The notes under the pieces are model-generated. The model ran no database searches. It was given only the letters and a program-made list of their open reading frames with translations, and was not told where the DNA came from. From contig OZ024744.1 in assembly GCA_964016885.1 (NCBI GenBank), positions 110,298,001 through 110,362,000 on the forward strand: 64,000 bases of DNA, written 5' to 3'. Below, in pieces: positions 57,801-64,000 of this stretch. Source of the stretch: Eledone cirrhosa. Lineage: Eukaryota. Within the stretch, counting starts at the first letter, position 1. Every line of letters starts with the position of its first letter. Both the position numbers and the translations under genes were made by a program.

Positions 57801-60800
57801 ACTTACCTTGCCCTGAACACAGTAAAACTATACAATCCACTATAAATTACCTTGCCCTGAACACAGTAAAACTACACAATCCACTATAACTTACCTTGCC
57901 CTGAACACAGTAAAACTACACAATCCACTATAACTTACCTTGCCCTGAACACTGTAAAACTACATAATCCACTATAACTTACCTTGCCCTGAAACAGTAA
58001 AACTACACAAACCACTATAACTTACCTTGCCCTGAACACAGTAAAACTACACAATCCACTATAACTTACCTTGCCCTGAACACAGTAAAACTACACGATC
58101 CACTATAAATTACCTTGCCCTGAAAACAGTAAAACTACACAATCCACTATAACTAACCTTGATCTGAACACAGTAAAACTACACAATCCACTATAACTTA
58201 CCTTGTCCTGAACACACTAAAACTACACAATCCACTATAACTTAACTGGCCCTCAACACAGTAAAACTACACAATCCACTATAACTTAGCTTGCACTGAA
58301 CACAGTAAAACTACACAATCCACTATAACTTACCTTGCCCGGAACACAGTAAAACTACACAATCCACTTCAACTTACCTTGCTCTGAACACAGTAAAACT
58401 ACACAATCCACTATAACTTACCTTGCCCTGAACACAGTAAAATTACACAATCCACTATAACTAACCTTGCCCTGAACACAGTAAAACTACACAATCCACT
58501 ATAACTTACTTTGCTCTGAACACAGTAAAACTACACAATCCACCTTAACTTACCTTGCTCTGAACACAGTAAAACTACACAATCCACTATAACTTACCTT
58601 GCCCTGAACACAGTAAAATTACACAATCCACTATAACTTACCTTGCCCTGAACACAGTAAATCTACATAATCCACTATAACTTAACATGCTCTGAACACA
58701 GTAAAACTACACAACCCACTATAACTTACCTTGCCTTGAACACAGTAAAACTACACATTCCACAATAACTTACCTTGCCCTGAACATAGTAAAACTACGT
58801 AATCCACTATAACTTACCTTCCTCTAAACACAGTAAAACTACACAATCCACTATAACTTACCTTGCCCAGAACACAGAAAAACTACGTAATCCACTATAA
58901 CTTACCTTGCCTTGAACAGAGTAAAACTACACAATCCACTATAACTTACCTTGCCCTGAACATAGTAAAACTACACAATCCACTATAACTTACCCTGCCC
59001 TGAACACAGTAAAACTACACAATCCACTATAACTTACCTTGCCCTGAACACAGTAAAACTATACAATCCACCATAAATTACCTTGCCCTGAACACAGTAA
59101 AACTACACAATCCACTATAACTTACCTTGACCTGAACAGAGTAAAACTACACAATCCACTATAACTTACCTTGCCCTGAACACACTAAAACTACACAATC
59201 CACTATAACTTACCTTGACCTGAACAGAGTAAAACTACACAATCCACTATAACTTACCTTGCACTGAAAACAGTAAAACTACACAACCCACTATAACTTA
59301 CCTTGCCCTGAACATAGTAAAAGAACGTAATCCACTATAACTTACCTTCCTTTGAACACAGTAAAACTACACAATCCACTATAATTTACCTTGCCCTGAA
59401 CACAGTAAAACTACAAGATCCACTATAACTGACATTGGTCTGAACACAGTAAAACTACACAATCCACTATAACTTACCTTGCTCTGAACACAGTAAAACT
59501 ACATAATCCACTATAACTTACCTTGCCATGAACACAGTAAAACTACACAATCCACCATAACTTACCTTGCTCTGAACACAGTAAAACTACATAATCCACT
59601 ATAACTTACCTTGCCCTGAACACAGTAAAACTAACACAATCCACTATAACTTACCTTGCCTGAACACAGTAAAACTACACAATCCACTATAACTTACCTT
59701 GCCCTGAACACAGTAAAACTACACAATCCACTATAAATTACGTTGCTCTGAACACAGTAAAACTACATAAACCACTATAACTTACCTTGCCCTGAACACA
59801 CTAAAACTACACAATCCACTATAACTTACCTTGACCTGAACAGAGTAAAACTACACAATCCACTATAACTTACCTTGCACTGGACACAGTAAAACTACAC
59901 AACCCACTATAACTTACCTTGCCCTGAACACACTAAAACTACACAATCCACTATAACTTACCTTGCACTGGACACAGTAAAACTACACAACCCACTATAA
60001 CTTACCTTGCCCTGAACACACTAAAACTACACAATCCACTATAACTTAACTGGCCCTGAACACAGTAAAACTACACAATCCACCATAAATTACATTGCCC
60101 TGAACAGGGTAAAACTACACAATCCACTATAACTTACCTTGACCTGAACAGAGTAAAACTACACAATCCACTATAACTTACCTTGACCTGAACAGAGTAA
60201 AACTACACAATCCACTATAACTTACCTTGACCTGAACAGAGTAAAACTACACAATCCACTATAAATTACCTTGCCTTGAACACAGTAAAATTACACAATC
60301 CACTATAACTAAACTTGCCCAGAACACAGTAAAACTACACAATCCACTATAACTCACCTTGCTCTGAACACAGTAAAACTACACAATCCACTATAACTTA
60401 CCTTGCCCTGAACACAGTAAAACTACGTAATCCACTATAACTTACCTTGCCCTGAACACAGTAAAACTACACAATCCACTATAATTTACCTTGCCCTGAA
60501 CACAGTAAAACTACACAATCCACTATAACTGACCTTGGTCTGAACACAGTAAAACTACACAATCCACTATAACTTACCTTGCTCTGAACACAGTAAAACT
60601 ACACAATCCACTATAACTTACCTTGCCCTGAACAGAGTAAAACTACACAATCCACCATAACTTACCTTGCCCTGAACACAGTAAAAGAACACAATCTTCT
60701 ATAACTTACCTTGCCCTGAATACAGTAAAACTACACAATCCCCTATACCTTACCTTGCTCTGAACACAGTAAAACTACACAATCCACTATAACTTACCTT

Positions 60801-63800
60801 GCCCTGAACACAGTAAAACTACACAATCCACTATAACTTAAATTGCCCTGAACTCAGTAAAACTACATAATCCACTGTAACTTACCTTGCCCTGAACACA
60901 GTAAAAGTACACAACCCACTATAAATTACCTTGCTCTGAACACAGCAAAACTACACAATCCACTATAACTTACCTTGCCCTGAACACAGTAAAAGTACAT
61001 AATCCACTATAACTTACCTTGCTCTGAACACAGTATAACTTACCTTGCTCTGAACACAGTAAAACTACACGATCCAATTTAACTTACCTTGCATTGAACA
61101 CAGTAAAACTACACAATCCACTATAACTTACCTTGCTCTGAACACAGTAAAACTACATAATCCACTATAACTTACCTTGCCCTGAACACAGTAAAACTAA
61201 CACAATCCACTATAACGTACCTTGACCTGAACACAGTAAAACTACACAATCCACTATAAATTACGTTTCCATGAACATACTAAAACTACACAATCTTCTA
61301 TAACTTACCTTGCCCTGAACACAGTAAAACTACACAATCCACTATAACTTACCTTGCCCTGAACACAGTAAAACTACACAATCCACTATAACTTACCTTG
61401 CCCTGAACACAGTAATACTACACAACACACTATAACTTACCTTGCCCTGAACACAGTAAAACTACACAATCCACTATAACTTACCTTGCCCTGAACACAG
61501 TAAAACTACACAATCCACTTCAACTTACCTTGCTCTGAACACAGTAAAACTACACAATCCACTATAACTTACCTTGCCCTGAACACAGTAAAACTAAAAG
61601 ATCCACTATAACTTACCTTGCTCTGAACACAGTAAAACTACACAATCCACTATAAATTACGTTGCCCTGAACACAGTAAGACTACACAATCTTCAAATAA
61701 CTTACCTTGCCCTGAACACAGTAAAACTACACAATCCACTATAAATTACCTTGCCATGAACACGGTAAAACTACACAATCCACTATAACTTACCTTGCCC
61801 TGAACACAGTAAAACTACACAATCCACTATAACTTACCTTGCACTGGACACAGTAAAACTACACAACCCACTATAACTTACCTTGCCCTGAACACACTAA
61901 AACTACACAATCCACTATAACTTAACTGGCCCTGAACACAGTAAAACTACACAATCCACCATAAATTACCTTGCCCTGAACAGAGTAAAACTACACAATC
62001 CACTATAACTTACCTTGACCTGAACAGAGTAAAACTACACAATCCACTATAACTTACCTTGACCTGAACAGAGTAAAACTACACAATCCACTATAACTTA
62101 CCTTGACCTGAACAGAGTAAAACTACACAATCCACTATAACTTACCTTGACCTGAACAGAGTAAAACTACACAATCCACTATAACTTACCTTGCCCTGAA
62201 CACAGTAAAACTACACAATCCACTATAACTTACCTTGACCTGAACAGAGTAAAACTACACAATCCACTATAACTTACCTTGCACTGAAAACGGTAAAACT
62301 ACACAACCCACTATAACTTACCTTGCCCTGAACATAGTAAAAGAACGTAATCCACTATAACTTACCTTCCTTTGAACACAGTAAAACTACACAATCCACT
62401 ATAATTTACCTTGCCCTGAACACAGTAAAACTACAAGATCCACTATAACTTACCTTGCTCTGAACACAGTAAAACTACATAATCCACTATAACTTACCTT
62501 GCCCTGAACACAGTAAAACTAACACAATCGACTATAACTTACCTTGCCCTGAACACAGTAAAACTACACAATCGACTATAACCTACCTTGCCCTGAACAC
62601 AGTAAAACTACACAATCCACTATAAATTACGTTGCCCTGAACATACTAAAACTACACAATCTTCTATAACTTACCTTGCCCTGAACACAGTAAAACTACA
62701 CAATCCACTATAACTTTCCTTGCCCTGAACACAGTAAAACTACACAACCCACTATAACATACCTTGCCCTGAACACAGTAAAACTACACAATCCACTGTA
62801 ACTTACCTTGCCCTGAACACAGTAAAACTACACAATCCACTATAACTTACCTTGCCCTGAACACAGTAAAACTGCATAATCCACTATAACTTACCTTGCC
62901 CTGAACACAGTAAAACTACACAATCCACTATAACTTACCTTGCCCTGAACACAGTAAAACTACACAATCCACTATAAATTACCTTGCCCTGAACACAGTA
63001 AAACTACACAATCCACTATAACTTACCTTGCCCTGAACACAGTAAAACTACACAATCCACTATAACTTACCTTGCCCTGAACACTGTAAAACTACATAAT
63101 CCACTATAACTTACCTTGCCCTGAAACAGTAAAACTACACAAACCACTATAACTTACCTTGCCCTGAACACAGTAAAACTACACGATCCACTATAACTTA
63201 CCTTGCCTTGAACACAGTAACACTACACGATCCACTATAACTTACCTTGCCCTGAACACAGTAAAACTACACAATCCACTATAACTAACCTTGCTCTGAA
63301 CACAGTAAAACTACACAATCCACTATAACTTACCTTGCCCTGAACACAGTAAAACTACACAATCCACTATAACTAACCTTGCTCTGAACACAGTAAAACT
63401 ATACAATCCACCATAACTTACCTTGCCCTGAACACAGTAAAACTACACAATCCACTATAACTTACCTTGACCTGAACAGAGTAAAACTACACAATCCACT
63501 ATAACTTACCTTGCCCTGAACACACTAAAACTACACAATCCACTATAACTTACCTTGCACTGAACACAGTAAAACTACACAACCCACTATAACTTACCTT
63601 GCTCTGAACACAGTAAAATTACACAATCCACTATAACTTACCTTGCCCTGAACATAGTAAAAGAACGTAATCCACTATAACTTACCTTCCTTTGAACACA
63701 GTAAAACTACACAATCCACTATAATTTACCTTGCCCTGAACACAGTAAAACTACAAGATCCACTATAACTTACCTTGCCCTGAACACAGTAAAACTGCAT

Positions 63801-64000
63801 AATCCACTATAACTTACCTTGCCCTGAACACAGTAAAACTACACAATCCACTATAACTTACCTTGCCCTGAACACAGTAAAACTATACAATCCACTATAA
63901 ATTACCTTGCCCTGAACACAGTAAAACTACACAATCCACTATAACTTACCTTGCCCTGAACACAGTAAAACTACACAATCCACTATAACTTACCTTGCCC
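54850..64000. repeat. ~3.1 kb segment duplicated at ~6.0 kb distance (54850-57950 vs 60900-64000)
   Basis: Offset 6010 for the deletion junction 55022/61032, CTTCAAATAA 55681/61691 and CGGTAAAACT 56281/62291. The offset becomes 6055 after an extra 45-bp monomer near 62520. Confidence 0.85.

Larger units (their letters stand above)
1..64000. repeat. Tandem satellite/minisatellite array, 44-bp monomer, about 1,450 copies, running off both window ends
   Basis: ATCCACTATAACTTACCTTGCCCTGAACACAGTAAAACTACACA recurs at 1, 45, 89, 133 and so on to the end of the window, in a single orientation. Most monomers carry 0-4 substitutions. Length variants of 43, 45 and 26 bp occur. Confidence 0.99.

Noticed and set aside
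1-64000. CRISPR array
   Set aside because: There are no unique spacers. The whole 44 bp is repeated, with no leader or cas genes.
1-64000. Contiguous repeat-protein ORF
   Set aside because: 44 is not a multiple of 3, and each monomer carries stop triplets on both strands (TAA, TGA, TAA on +; TAG, TAA, TAG on -). Under the standard code every frame closes within three monomers.
1-64000. Canonical telomeric repeat or G-quadruplex array
   Set aside because: There is no TTAGGG/TTAGG-type unit, and only one GGG per 44 bp on the minus strand.
1-64000. Rolling-circle or sequencing concatemer artefact
   Set aside because: Variants recur in ordered, nested blocks with shared multi-base haplotypes, unlike random read error. 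Exact copy number of the near-identical blocks may still be misassembled.
1-64000. Assignment to a named satellite family, organism or centromere
   Set aside because: I do not recognise the monomer, and it would need a database search.

Overview
The whole 64 kb is one uninterrupted head-to-tail tandem array of a 44-bp monomer, about 1,450 copies. The + strand consensus is ATCCACTATAACTTACCTTGCCCTGAACACAGTAAAACTACACA (39% GC, only 3 G per monomer, no CpG). I see no unique sequence, unspliced ORF, RNA gene, transposon or CRISPR spacer. Diagnostic monomer variants recur in fixed order and define nested, irregular higher-order duplications of about 0.8, 1.8, 2, 4.9, 5.3-5.5, 6.0 and 16-17 kb. The most striking signal is on the minus strand, where every consensus monomer reads ...TTTTACTGTGTTCAG|GGCAAG|GTAAGT..., i.e. 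a spliceosomal 3' acceptor, a 6-nt in-frame microexon and a consensus U1-type 5' donor, separated by a 38-nt GT..AG intron-like spacer. The satellite therefore looks like a massively amplified microexon/mini-intron unit. Whether it is transcribed or spliced cannot be told from the sequence. All counts and offsets were read by eye and are approximate unless stated otherwise.
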